DNA of 64,000 bases, from positions 37,704-101,703 of IMG/VR virus record IMGVR_UViG_3300045988_114440. One strand, given 5' to 3'. The position numbers and the translations under genes were made by a program. Origin of the DNA: a virus. Positions 27,032-36,584 of the stretch are shown here, piece after piece. Below the pieces are notes generated by a model. It worked only from the letters and a program-made list of their open reading frames with translations. It was not told the origin of the DNA and did no database searches. Numbering within the stretch: position 1 is the first letter of the stretch; the number at the start of each line of letters is the position of its first letter.

Positions 27032-27868
27032 ATGAGCGCAAGTAAAGAATACAAGGCGGTAAGGAACTGCATACTAAATGAACTTCACCTTACCAAAGAA
27101 GATATAATCAAAAACATAGAACCATTATTGGAAAAACTTGTAAAACAGTGTATGAATAATACATATGGGAATAACAATCAAATAGAACATTGGATCAGAT
27201 GTATGGTTAATGACGAACTTAAACAAAGAGATTCTGATTTTGTAAGAAGAATATGTAAGGAGGTTATAAAAGATCATGTGTTGAATGAGTTGAACATAAT
27301 TGTAAGTTCCAAAAATGAAAGATGCGTATGTGAAAATAGAGTACCATCAAGAAAAGATGGTTTGTATCTAATCTACGGAAACGGACACGCTGAGCCGTTT
27401 ACTGGAGAGAATTTCAAAAAGAATGTGCGTTATATCGGATTAAAACACAAAGACGTATCGTTTGCCATCTCGCTGACGGAGCATGATAGAGTACAATTGC
27501 TTGACGATGATAGCCGTAAAGAATCCGGAAGTGAGACATATTACGAACGTGAATGTGATGCGCTGTTTGACATTAATGGACGCGGCAATACGGAACGCCT
27601 TGTAGTCAGAAATCCAAAATTGAGAAATCTACTGAAAGATGGCGAATACATCCCTTCGTTGAGACAGCTCAATCTAATGGCGCATTACAAAGACAGTATA
27701 AACGATGCGCTTAAATACATAGGCGCAGAACCGTTAGCCTCGGCGTGGTTTTGGTCCAGTACTGAGAGCAGTCAGTACAACGCGTGGTACGTGTACTTCT
27801 TCATTGGCGACACGGGCAGCTACAGCAAGTACGGCAGTGGCAGGGTTCGGGCGGTAATTGATTTTTAA
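27032..27868 (+). CDS. hypothetical protein; C-terminal WFWSSTE...AWYVYF...VRAV resembles DUF1566/Lcl-type lectin-like domains
   Basis: Match recalled from memory only. Confidence 0.45.
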   Translation: MSASKEYKAVRNCILNELHLTKEDIIKNIEPLLEKLVKQCMNNTYGNNNQIEHWIRCMVNDELKQRDSDFVRRICKEVIKDHVLNELNIIVSSKNERCVCENRVPSRKDGLYLIYGNGHAEPFTGENFKKNVRYIGLKHKDVSFAISLTEHDRVQLLDDDSRKESGSETYYERECDALFDINGRGNTERLVVRNPKLRNLLKDGEYIPSLRQLNLMAHYKDSINDALKYIGAEPLASAWFWSSTESSQYNAWYVYFFIGDTGSYSKYGSGRVRAVIDF

Positions 27869-27880
27869 AAAGGATTACAT

Positions 27881-28678
27881 ATGATAACATCAGTAAAAAT
27901 AAAAGACAACACAAAAACTCCATTTGAATATGTTTCTGACATAGAGGCGTTTGAAAATGGCAGAGAATTTATTTTCAAGCCAGGAGTGAATGTGATTATA
28001 GGGAAAAACGGTAGTGGAAAATCAACTTTACTTAACATCATATCAATGTATGCGTTATGTGATAAGTCCATGTGCTCTGAAATGCCGGATGAGGCGCTGG
28101 ATTTTCCACCTATATTTGATGATGATGACAAGGTTCTTGATGGGATTGATATATCATCCGATTATATAGGGAAAGTATTCCGTTTATTGCCGTCAACGGA
28201 GACAAATCGAGATAGTGTATTAAAAAACATCAGCAATTTCGATTTGTATGCGAATAGTATTCAAAAATCTTATGGGGGAAAAGTGGTGTTATCACTGGAA
28301 TCGCTTTTCAATTTAATGTTCAACCAAAAGGATTATGCGTTTCCAATGCAAGATCTTGCAGAATACAAGAAAAAATCAAATGCGTTTTGGATTAAAAGAA
28401 TTGACAACCTGTTGAAGTATTATAGAAGGAACTGCATAACATTAACAGAAAGCAGTTTTGAGTACACGGTTCTCATGGATGAGCCAGACAGGAACCTTGA
28501 CATTGACAACATAATGCAGATTCACAATGTATTGTCATTTCATAAACCACAAACACAAATTATAGCCATAATACACAATCCGGCATTGATTTACAAATTA
28601 AGTAAATTAGATTGTGTGAATTTCATAGAGATGACAGAAGGGTATCTTAATAAAACTTGTACATTTGTGTCTAACTAA
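27881..28678 (+). CDS. compact ABC-type (AAA_21/RecF-like) ATPase
   Basis: Walker A GKNGSGKST, signature-like SYGGK, Walker B/D-loop VLMDEPDRNLD, H-loop AIIHNP. Confidence 0.65.
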   Translation: MITSVKIKDNTKTPFEYVSDIEAFENGREFIFKPGVNVIIGKNGSGKSTLLNIISMYALCDKSMCSEMPDEALDFPPIFDDDDKVLDGIDISSDYIGKVFRLLPSTETNRDSVLKNISNFDLYANSIQKSYGGKVVLSLESLFNLMFNQKDYAFPMQDLAEYKKKSNAFWIKRIDNLLKYYRRNCITLTESSFEYTVLMDEPDRNLDIDNIMQIHNVLSFHKPQTQIIAIIHNPALIYKLSKLDCVNFIEMTEGYLNKTCTFVSN

Positions 28679-28689
28679 TTAAAGGTGAG

Positions 28690-29004
28690 ATGAACTGGAA
28701 GAAATTCAAAGAGGAAAAACCTTCAGAGGGAGAAGAAGTGTTGGCTTATCACCCAAGTTGGATAGATGAAGATTTCAACCCAAGAGGTATAAGAATAGGG
28801 TTTTGGAATGGAGGAGACGATTTTAAATCGGCTCATTGGTGGGATTATCAAGATTGTTATATCACAATCTCTCATTGTGATTGTGATGATAATTCTCTTT
28901 TCAGTGATAGAATAAAAAACAGCATAGAGCCAGAGTTATGGATATCACTTGATGTTATTACAAATTACTTACCTGATATAAAACAAAATCACTTATCACA
29001 ATGA
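28690..29004 (+). CDS. hypothetical protein (possible DUF551-like W...EEKP...VL / WIS...LP motifs)
   Basis: Weak motif similarity. Confidence 0.4.
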   Translation: MNWKKFKEEKPSEGEEVLAYHPSWIDEDFNPRGIRIGFWNGGDDFKSAHWWDYQDCYITISHCDCDDNSLFSDRIKNSIEPELWISLDVITNYLPDIKQNHLSQ

Positions 29005-29384
29005 GCTATTTTATATTAATGGGAAGAAGAATCCCCAAGCAAGCCATAACAGGCTTCAAATTTCAAAATGAAACAGATAACATTCGTCCTTTCTTGTCAA
29101 TCAGGATAAGGGGAAAGGACGAAATTATACCTTTCAAAGATAAAAAGGAGATACAGTCTGTAAAAGCGCATCTGTGTTCTATCTTCTCCGGATTTGTAAA
29201 AATAGGCGACTGGTATCTCAAGATGTCGGAAGTTAAGGAATATAAGCCGGTGACTGCCGAAGACATGAACCCCTACATCTTATTCAAAACATCTAAGTTC
29301 GGAAACATAAAAGTTCGTTTCCCGAAAGATGAAGATATGGATGCCGAATTATTGGTGTTAGATCAACTTTTTGATGTAGAATGA
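29001..29384 (+). CDS. hypothetical protein
   Basis: ATGA-type overlap. Confidence 0.4.
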   Translation: MSYFILMGRRIPKQAITGFKFQNETDNIRPFLSIRIRGKDEIIPFKDKKEIQSVKAHLCSIFSGFVKIGDWYLKMSEVKEYKPVTAEDMNPYILFKTSKFGNIKVRFPKDEDMDAELLVLDQLFDVE

Positions 29385-29408
29385 ATTATTAATCATCTTT
29401 TAAAAATC

Positions 29409-29660
29409 ATGACCTGGAAAGAATTAAAAGACAAAATATCCCTTATGACAGAAGAAGAGCAACAGCAAGAAGTTGCAGTTTGGGGAGAAAATATGAATCT
29501 AATGAAAGATTGTTCCTTGGAGAAAACAGACGAGGATTTGTACTATAATACTGAATGGGATTATACTTGTGAAGAGAGTGAATTGGAACCGGAAGACAAG
29601 AATGACCCTGATGTACATAAGGTATATGAAGCAGGAATGCATTATATTTATTCAAATTGA
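29409..29660 (+). CDS. hypothetical acidic protein
   Basis: Co-oriented ORF. Confidence 0.4.
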   Translation: MTWKELKDKISLMTEEEQQQEVAVWGENMNLMKDCSLEKTDEDLYYNTEWDYTCEESELEPEDKNDPDVHKVYEAGMHYIYSN

Positions 29661-29678
29661 TTTAAAAAAGATCTGATT

Positions 29679-30425
29679 ATGGCAGTATTAACAACACTAA
29701 ATATAACGGAAAAGAACGCTAATAACAGTTTGTCTGTAACTGCTAAAGTGAATGTCACCAAAGAAGGAGTGTTTACCACTACCTTGTCAAAAGAAGATGT
29801 GGACAAGATTCATTCTTATGGGATCAAATTACCTACAAACAGATTAGGCAACGAAGGATATTTCAATAGTATAGCACTTTCTGATTTGGAAAGTCAAATC
29901 AGGGAAGTTCTGAAGAGATGTTTGAGTTATAAAATAGTAGAAGAAGTGCCTGTTATTAAGTATCAACTGGAAACAACATGTGCATTTTCCTATGACAAAA
30001 ACGGAAATATTGTCCCTAACCCCTCTAAGGAATGGACAGGAAATGATGAGAATGGAAAGTGGAGGGATGGAACTTCCCGTTTAGATGCCTTAAACACCCA
30101 ACCTTTCGGTTTTAGTGTTTATGCAAAACCATTTCTAAAAAGAGTAATTGAATATGGAAATGGAGAGACAAAAGTAGAATACGATAGATTAAGTACAGAA
30201 AAAGGAACTTATACACACTGGCTGAATTGTGTAGTAAGTATATCATACAATAGACATAAACCGGTAATGGAAGTGGAATGTAACGAATGTACCTCGAAAT
30301 TATTCGTTGATATGATCAAGTCCATTTGTAATATAAGCGAACAAGTTAAGAGTTTTATCAATCCAGAACAAATAAAAGCAATTGCGGAGTCAAATGAACC
30401 GATTTTGCTTTTATCTAACAACTAA
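29679..30425 (+). CDS. hypothetical protein (248 aa)
   Basis: Co-oriented ORF. Confidence 0.5.
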   Translation: MAVLTTLNITEKNANNSLSVTAKVNVTKEGVFTTTLSKEDVDKIHSYGIKLPTNRLGNEGYFNSIALSDLESQIREVLKRCLSYKIVEEVPVIKYQLETTCAFSYDKNGNIVPNPSKEWTGNDENGKWRDGTSRLDALNTQPFGFSVYAKPFLKRVIEYGNGETKVEYDRLSTEKGTYTHWLNCVVSISYNRHKPVMEVECNECTSKLFVDMIKSICNISEQVKSFINPEQIKAIAESNEPILLLSNN

Positions 30426-30431
30426 AAAATC

Positions 30432-30572
30432 ATGAGGTATGTATGTGTTTTTATCTGCTTTCTGTTATGGCTTATTTTTACATTGTTATTATCATCAACT
30501 GTCATAGGATTGGTTATAAGCGTGAGTGATGAATGGCAGGAAATGGGTGACAAAATAATAGATAAACTTTAA
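30432..30572 (+). CDS. 46-aa predicted membrane peptide
   Basis: MRYVCVFICFLLWLIFTLLLSSTVIGLVI hydrophobic core; too short for the ORF track. Confidence 0.3.
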   Translation: MRYVCVFICFLLWLIFTLLLSSTVIGLVISVSDEWQEMGDKIIDKL

Positions 30573-30578
30573 AAATAA

Positions 30579-30863
30579 TTGAGCATGAGTAAATATACAG
30601 CAAAACAAATTGCCGAGTCCGATGATCTGTTTGATAAGCAAATACATAAAGTCAGAAAGTTTTATTTGAGTCGTAATCCTGATAAAATGATGATACTCGA
30701 AGAAAGAAAAGCTGTTATCAAAGAACGAAATAAAGGTCTTTCCCCAGAATATGATAAGGAATATTATTGCGGAACCTGCGGAGCTAAAGACGGTGCGGAG
30801 CATCCTAAAACCGGATATTGCTTTCACTGTGATACGGATAATTGGATTTCAAAAAATAACTAA
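30579..30863 (+). CDS. hypothetical protein with C-terminal CGTCG...CFHCD zinc-binding motif
   Basis: Co-oriented; the overlapping - strand ORF 30495-30827 is judged spurious. Confidence 0.4.
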   Translation: MSMSKYTAKQIAESDDLFDKQIHKVRKFYLSRNPDKMMILEERKAVIKERNKGLSPEYDKEYYCGTCGAKDGAEHPKTGYCFHCDTDNWISKNN

Positions 30864-30883
30864 CAGCTAAAAAGAAATGAGTC

Positions 30884-31180
30884 ATGAGCGGACAAAATAA
30901 GCAATGTCCTGAATTTCCATTTTTTGGTGCATCTTATCCAGATGCTCGTTGTATCAATGGATATCTATGGGATTTGGATAAATGTGACGAAAACGGGAAT
31001 TTATATGGAGAAGGAGATATTCCTTGCCCATTCTGCAATACCGAGAAATTTATTGAGTATGATCCGTTTTCAAAAGAAGATGAATTTTATGAAGGTATTG
31101 AGAATGAAGAAAAAGCTAAAGAAAAATCCCGCGAATGGTATTTGAATTGGATTAACTATATGCGAGAACAAATTAAATGA
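30884..31180 (+). CDS. hypothetical CxxC-containing protein
   Basis: Co-oriented ORF. Confidence 0.4.
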   Translation: MSGQNKQCPEFPFFGASYPDARCINGYLWDLDKCDENGNLYGEGDIPCPFCNTEKFIEYDPFSKEDEFYEGIENEEKAKEKSREWYLNWINYMREQIK

Positions 31181-31197
31181 TTAAGTATAATTGAATT

Positions 31198-31449
31198 ATG
31201 ACAGCCGAGAAGTTTAAATCTATTTGCGAAGAGAAAGGAATAACTTGGAATGATCTTGTCCGTATTAGAGTTATCAAACCAAAGAAATTTCTCGGATTCT
31301 TTAGGCAATTAACAGGTATAACAATCGAAGGTGCGTTCAATGGCTGTTCTGCTTGTGTTGAAATAATGGCTGATGATGACAACGGTGTTTCAATGATGCA
31401 CTATATTGATTACGAAGATATTATAGGAGTTGAATTAATTAAAAATTAA
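31198..31449 (+). CDS. hypothetical protein
   Basis: Co-oriented ORF. Confidence 0.4.
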   Translation: MTAEKFKSICEEKGITWNDLVRIRVIKPKKFLGFFRQLTGITIEGAFNGCSACVEIMADDDNGVSMMHYIDYEDIIGVELIKN

Positions 31450-31635
31450 AAATAATTGAGTGAACAGTTTGCAAAAATCAGCACGAATGCGTTGTTAGGA
31501 TTATCAACATCCGCCACATAAGAACCATCTAATCCCGTAAATATCGTGATGCGTTGGTAGTATGTGTACAGATAGCAAGCAGGCGTTGGGATAAAGCATT
31601 TGGCAAACATTCACTCTAAATAAGAAATAGTAGAT

Positions 31636-32091
31636 ATGAATACAGAATTTGAAAACATGGCTTTGCTGAATATAGAAGACTACAATGAGCTTAAAGCTAA
31701 AGCCGAAGCAACAGATGAGCAGATAAAGAAACAAGCCGAAGAAATGGCTAAGCCTGAAGTTGTCACATTGAAAGTGCGCTTTTATACATACGGAGTATCA
31801 TACAATCCATATACTTGTGTTGATGTTGAGATACCATTCTATGATGATAAAAAAATCAGAGATATGCTTGACAAAGCAAGTGCTGATATAATGAAATGGT
31901 GCGACGAAAATATGGAAAAATACAACAAAGAACTCAAAGAATCCAGGTCTACAAAAAAACATTGCGAAGGACTAAGAAAGCATATCGCAAATCTCGAAAG
32001 ACGCCTTTTAAGGCATACATTGGCAAATGTTATTTTATCTATTATATCAGTTGCGACTATAATTGCCCTTTTCACATTAATTCAAAACTAA
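31636..32091 (+). CDS. hypothetical protein with C-terminal transmembrane helix
   Basis: ANVILSIISVATIIALFTLI tail. Confidence 0.45.
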   Translation: MNTEFENMALLNIEDYNELKAKAEATDEQIKKQAEEMAKPEVVTLKVRFYTYGVSYNPYTCVDVEIPFYDDKKIRDMLDKASADIMKWCDENMEKYNKELKESRSTKKHCEGLRKHIANLERRLLRHTLANVILSIISVATIIALFTLIQN

Positions 32092-32098
32092 AAAAAAT

Positions 32099-32230
32099 AT
32101 GAATAAGAATATAATCAACAACGCTCAACTTTTAGAGATTAAAACTAAGATTAGACAACTTGGAGCAATGATGAATGCATATCAATGCAGGTTTGTGGTT
32201 TCTTCGGGTCAATTGTTTTTTTGTGGATGA
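32099..32230 (+). CDS. small ORF (43 aa) overlapping a second 56-aa ORF (32175-32345) at a T7 tract; possible single gene split by frameshift
   Basis: ATG at 32099; T7 run at 32216-32222 lies exactly at the frame switch. Confidence 0.25.
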   Translation: MNKNIINNAQLLEIKTKIRQLGAMMNAYQCRFVVSSGQLFFCG

Positions 32231-32389
32231 TGAATATGCTGGAACGGTTAAACTGACTAATCTTGATAATGGAGAATCTAACATATCATTCCCTTCATGT
32301 GACGATGGATTGATAATCAATCCAGCCGATAAGCATATTAAATAATTTCAAAACTAAAAATATTTAAATTAATTAAACAATAATAAGAC

Positions 32390-32632
32390 ATGAAACAAGA
32401 TATAGAATATGCTGTTCCTCTTTTTAAAGCTGGTGCAGAGTGGCGCATTAACAGCGTATGGCACAAACCGAGTGACATAGCTGAACCAGGAAAGGATTGT
32501 TTGGTTGAACACATGGATATAGACGGAAATGTCTGCATTTGTATTGATTGGCGTTCTGAATATGAATGGATAAAATCTTGCCATTACAACAAGATTTTGC
32601 GTTGGGCATACATCAAAGATTTATTACCTTAA
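32390..32632 (+). CDS. hypothetical protein
   Basis: Co-oriented ORF. Confidence 0.4.
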   Translation: MKQDIEYAVPLFKAGAEWRINSVWHKPSDIAEPGKDCLVEHMDIDGNVCICIDWRSEYEWIKSCHYNKILRWAYIKDLLP

Positions 32633-32680
32633 AACAAGATAAACAATATGGAAAGCGAAAAGAAGAAAATATGAAAGGTT

Positions 32681-32884
32681 ATGACTGACAGAGAACTTCT
32701 TGAAGAAAACAATAAGATGTTAAAGGAAATTCTAAGTTTTGTGAGAAAAGTTGACTCTGTTGAATACAGGGATCATCAAGACTTTATGGAATTTCTTAGA
32801 AATGTGGCAGCCGATATATGGGTGGAATATACGGAGCCTGAACAAAGAAGTAAGTTGTTTAATTTAATAAATAAAGAAAAATGA
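32681..32884 (+). CDS. hypothetical protein
   Basis: Co-oriented ORF. Confidence 0.4.
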   Translation: MTDRELLEENNKMLKEILSFVRKVDSVEYRDHQDFMEFLRNVAADIWVEYTEPEQRSKLFNLINKEK

Positions 32885-33549
32885 AAACAGTTTTTGATTT
32901 AAGCAGAGATGAGATTGTGGCATTGACAGACGAAGACATAAGTCTGTATATAGACAAAGAGCTTGCTAATAAAGGTATTCCAATTGAAGCTAAAAACTGG
33001 AATATAAAGAACAAAAAAGAAGTCGTGTATCCAAGAACTGGAGTTCCGGTATTTATGTTAAAAGATATCGGCATCGGTTTTAGAACCATAGAAGGTGCAA
33101 CTGAGGTGGCTAATTTGCTTGTCAAGTATAATGCATTTAAAACAGAATCGAGATATCTGGCAGGATCGTATGAACAGTTTTGGATCATGAAGGAGGGTGT
33201 TTGCCCGGCTGTTAAAGGAGAAACAGGATATAGCAAGGAAGAGTTTGATAAGATAGATGAGAAAAATAAAAACCCTGAATTGACAAGTATAAATACCTTC
33301 AATGACACCGTGAAAAAAGCCAATGAAATTAAAGACAGGGTGTTGAAATGCGTGTACAACATAAAACAAGAGCGTTCATATAACAATGACCTGGTTGGTA
33401 TCTTTGAAAGGTATAAAGATATAGCAGACGGTGATATGGAGGTAGCTATGAATTTTATTAAGGAAGCCTATCCATTCAATGAAGAAACAGAGTCGTTTAT
33501 CAGAAAAAAGTTTGACATGCCTATACCGGACGAATCAAAAGAGCAGTAA
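32881..33549 (+). CDS. hypothetical protein (222 aa)
   Basis: ATGA-type overlap. Confidence 0.5.
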   Translation: MKTVFDLSRDEIVALTDEDISLYIDKELANKGIPIEAKNWNIKNKKEVVYPRTGVPVFMLKDIGIGFRTIEGATEVANLLVKYNAFKTESRYLAGSYEQFWIMKEGVCPAVKGETGYSKEEFDKIDEKNKNPELTSINTFNDTVKKANEIKDRVLKCVYNIKQERSYNNDLVGIFERYKDIADGDMEVAMNFIKEAYPFNEETESFIRKKFDMPIPDESKEQ

Positions 33550-33621
33550 TTAAGCTAAATTAAATCATTTTGAATCTTTTTTATTATCAAAAGACATATC
33601 TTTGTCCAAAAAACAAACATA

Positions 33622-33876
33622 ATGGAAGAAAAAGAGATAAAAGAAGCTATGATTGAAGCCCTGACGCATTTAGAGGGGTGTAAGTATTTCGTGGCTACGA
33701 TAGTAAATGAAGAGGAAAGAAGATTTGATATGAGCCAACGAATGTCACAGCATCAATTGGCGTTAGTTATAAAAGGTATCTTATCTAATAATGAGATGAT
33801 GATGATGGACGTTTTGCAGTGGTGTTCTGAAAGATTTAAAAACAGTATAGAGAAAGGAAAGAAATCAACTAATTAA
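33622..33876 (+). CDS. hypothetical protein
   Basis: Co-oriented ORF. Confidence 0.4.
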   Translation: MEEKEIKEAMIEALTHLEGCKYFVATIVNEEERRFDMSQRMSQHQLALVIKGILSNNEMMMMDVLQWCSERFKNSIEKGKKSTN

Positions 33877-33887
33877 ATATTAATACA

Positions 33888-34358
33888 ATGAATCGCTGGT
33901 TTGAAATTACGGTAAAAGCCGAGATTGATAATATTGAGAACGGCAAAAAAAAGAAAGTAACTGAAAAGTATTTGGTGGATGCCTTGTCTTATACAGAGGC
34001 AGAATCAAGATCGTTGGAGATCTTTAAAGATTTGTACAATTCTTTCGAGGTTGTAAAAATTAACCCTATTAAAGTGTCGGAAATCTTCTTCAACGGAGAA
34101 GCTGAGTACTGGTATAAGTGTAAGGTTAATTACATTACACTGAATGAAAAGAAAGGTAAAGAAAAGAAAACGCCATGCTATATGTATGTCCAGGCCGGCA
34201 ATCCGAAAGATGCTGAGGCTGTGTTAACTAAGGGGATGCAAGGTACGTTGGGCGACTGGAATTGCGAGTCTATTGCAGAAACGAAAATCATTGAAGTATT
34301 TAAATACGATCTGCAAAAAGGTGTAGAAAAATTGGGAGAAAAGAAAACTGATGAGTGA
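33888..34358 (+). CDS. hypothetical protein
   Basis: Co-oriented ORF. Confidence 0.45.
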   Translation: MNRWFEITVKAEIDNIENGKKKKVTEKYLVDALSYTEAESRSLEIFKDLYNSFEVVKINPIKVSEIFFNGEAEYWYKCKVNYITLNEKKGKEKKTPCYMYVQAGNPKDAEAVLTKGMQGTLGDWNCESIAETKIIEVFKYDLQKGVEKLGEKKTDE

Positions 34359-34581
34359 TGTTGTTTCCCGTGTAGCACTTGCGACGGCAATTGTATTATT
34401 GGTAGTAGCAGGTGCTACTTTGCTGATAGTGATTAAGACCGAAGAAGTACCGAGATGGTTAATGAACTTACCATATACGTTATCTTTAACGGCAGTATCC
34501 TTTTCAATTATATCACTTGTATTGAAATATAGAGAGTGGAAAAGAAATTATACGTCTGCGAAAGATGCGGACGAAAAGTGA
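34351..34581 (+). CDS. small membrane protein (two predicted TM helices)
   Basis: VALATAIVLLVVAGATLLIVI and YTLSLTAVSFSIISLVL. Confidence 0.4.
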   Translation: MSDVVSRVALATAIVLLVVAGATLLIVIKTEEVPRWLMNLPYTLSLTAVSFSIISLVLKYREWKRNYTSAKDADEK

Positions 34582-35054
34582 TGATAAGAAGTCATGGCTT
34601 ATGCCAGGCTTGCAGGAGTAAAGAGTTGACTCCGAAGAAAAAAGACAGAATTACATCCATTAAAAACAGCAGCAAGAAGAAAAAGTTAGAGAACCCGGAT
34701 TTATCCGGGTTTTTTCGTCTTATGCTGGAAGAGTTAAATAATAGTCGGATGTCTATGACCGGTAAGGCTATTCATTTTCCTACAGTATGTAACGTCTGTC
34801 ACATACTTCCGAAAAGGATATATAAGTCGGTTGCTACTTGCAGGGATAATATAGTTTTCCTACATGAATCGGAGCATACGATATTCGACATGTATCTCGA
34901 CCGGATGGAATTTGATAAACTTGAAACAGAATTTCCTTTTGTATGGAAGTATGCGGTAAAGAAGGTGCTGGATATGGAAGGCAGGGGAATGATTAAAGAA
35001 AGAGGCAGGTTGATTATTGAAATAATTGATAGGTATGATAGAAGAAAAGATTAA
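34536..35054 (+). CDS. HNH-like / NinG-like zinc-finger endonuclease candidate
   Basis: N-terminal CERCG...HGLCQAC zinc ribbon; CNVCHILPKR...RDNIVFLHESEH resembles an H-N-H core. Confidence 0.4.
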   Translation: MEKKLYVCERCGRKVMIRSHGLCQACRSKELTPKKKDRITSIKNSSKKKKLENPDLSGFFRLMLEELNNSRMSMTGKAIHFPTVCNVCHILPKRIYKSVATCRDNIVFLHESEHTIFDMYLDRMEFDKLETEFPFVWKYAVKKVLDMEGRGMIKERGRLIIEIIDRYDRRKD

Positions 35055-36354
35055 AATATTAACAGATTTAGGGTTTGTACCTATGGTGGAAGGAGAAGGA
35101 AATACGTTGTTTAGAATGAACGATGTTGTGATGTCGGTATCAGATCCTAATCAAACACCAGAGCAGTTAAAAAAGGAAGTTATGACTTTGATAAAGAATA
35201 AAGACATAGCCGAAAGAGGTGGACAGGTTCCAGTAGTTGAAGAGCCGGCGCCTGAGCCAGAGCAGGCCCAGAAGGAGGAACCGGAAGCTCCGGCGGAGGA
35301 AGCCGCTCCTAACCCTGGAGAAGAGGATTCGAATCCGTTTACAGAAAATCAGGAAACGTTAGAACCGTTTTATATCTGTGATGAGTTAAAGAAGATTGAG
35401 ACTCCCAAATTCGTAAGATTGACATTAGACGACAATCGTTTTTATGTAAGGAAGATGGATGATGGGACAGCCAAGATATATGCTTCGGTAACAACCTTAA
35501 TCAAAGATGGGTATGTAGATGATAAGACAGCACTTCAGGAATGGAAGCAGGAGATGAGGATGCTTGGTCGCAACCCGGAAGAGATGGCGCAGTATGAAGC
35601 CGATAAAGGAACGATCATGCATTACCTATATGGATTGTATCTAATTGGAAGAGATATGGTCTTAAATCGAAGTTTTATAGTTAAAACCGTACAAGAAGGG
35701 AAGCTTAAGATATCGAAGAAAAATCTTGACCGATTCTTTAACAGCATAGATGATCTTGACGATATGATTGTTAGGGTTATGAAGTTTGCTAAGTTTTGTT
35801 CGGAGTATAAGGTTAAGCCGATGATGATTGAAAGAATATTATCATTAGAAGATTATTTGGTAGCTACGCCGATAGATGCGATGGTTAAAATGACATTCAA
35901 GTACAAAGAAGAAGGTTATTTTGGAGCCGTATATCAAAGGGCTACAGGGCAGTTCAAAAAAGGTGATCCGAAAAAGGAGGTAAGAGAAGTGGAGAAGGAA
36001 GAAGTGGTCATTCTTGACTTTAAATCGGGAGGAATATGGGAATCATACGCATTCCAATTAGAAGCTGAAAGAAGAATGGTTAAAAACTGGTACGGAATTG
36101 ATGCGCGTATTATGAACTTTTCTCCAAAAAGCACGAGCAGTAAAGGATATACGCTGAAAGAATGGACAGAAGATAGTGTAGCACTTGAAAAGGCGGACTG
36201 TGTGTTCCAACAAGGGATGTTGAATCACCTTAGAAAAGACAAGAGGTTCAAAGTGAGAAAAGGAGTGCTGAATATCAATAAGCCTTACAATGAAGAGGAT
36301 CATATTGTTGTATATGATATTGCTGAGGAAATGTCTAAAAGATTCGTAATATGA
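35026..36354 (+). CDS. PD-(D/E)XK family nuclease (RecB/lambda-exo/YqaJ-like)
   Basis: C-terminal VVILDFKSGG...YAFQLEAERRM matches the hhhDxK...QL..Y signature; no Cys cluster. Confidence 0.5.
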   Translation: MIGMIEEKIKILTDLGFVPMVEGEGNTLFRMNDVVMSVSDPNQTPEQLKKEVMTLIKNKDIAERGGQVPVVEEPAPEPEQAQKEEPEAPAEEAAPNPGEEDSNPFTENQETLEPFYICDELKKIETPKFVRLTLDDNRFYVRKMDDGTAKIYASVTTLIKDGYVDDKTALQEWKQEMRMLGRNPEEMAQYEADKGTIMHYLYGLYLIGRDMVLNRSFIVKTVQEGKLKISKKNLDRFFNSIDDLDDMIVRVMKFAKFCSEYKVKPMMIERILSLEDYLVATPIDAMVKMTFKYKEEGYFGAVYQRATGQFKKGDPKKEVREVEKEEVVILDFKSGGIWESYAFQLEAERRMVKNWYGIDARIMNFSPKSTSSKGYTLKEWTEDSVALEKADCVFQQGMLNHLRKDKRFKVRKGVLNINKPYNEEDHIVVYDIAEEMSKRFVI

Positions 36355-36584
36355 GTGATATTGTTATTCCTAAAGGAGATTATGTGGAAATTGTAAAACC
36401 GATATGTATCAATCCTTTTGGTGATTATTTTATTAACATCAAAAGGGGGTCAAGATTAAGATTATCGAAAGATTTGAAAATAGGGGATAAGTATGCAATA
36501 TGCATACTCACATCTTACGAGAAATATGGCAAGACTGTTAATGTGACAATGCCTATACTGGTTAGAAACACAAGAAGAGTATGA
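36351..36584 (+). CDS. hypothetical protein
   Basis: ATGA-type overlap. Confidence 0.4.
   Translation: MSDIVIPKGDYVEIVKPICINPFGDYFINIKRGSRLRLSKDLKIGDKYAICILTSYEKYGKTVNVTMPILVRNTRRV

Noticed and set aside
30495-30827. 110-aa - strand ORF
   Set aside because: Antisense to the 30579-30863 gene, which has a credible zinc-binding C-terminus; hydrophobic low-complexity translation.
32859-33386. 175-aa - strand ORF
   Set aside because: Antisense to the 32881-33549 gene, which fits the co-oriented operon.
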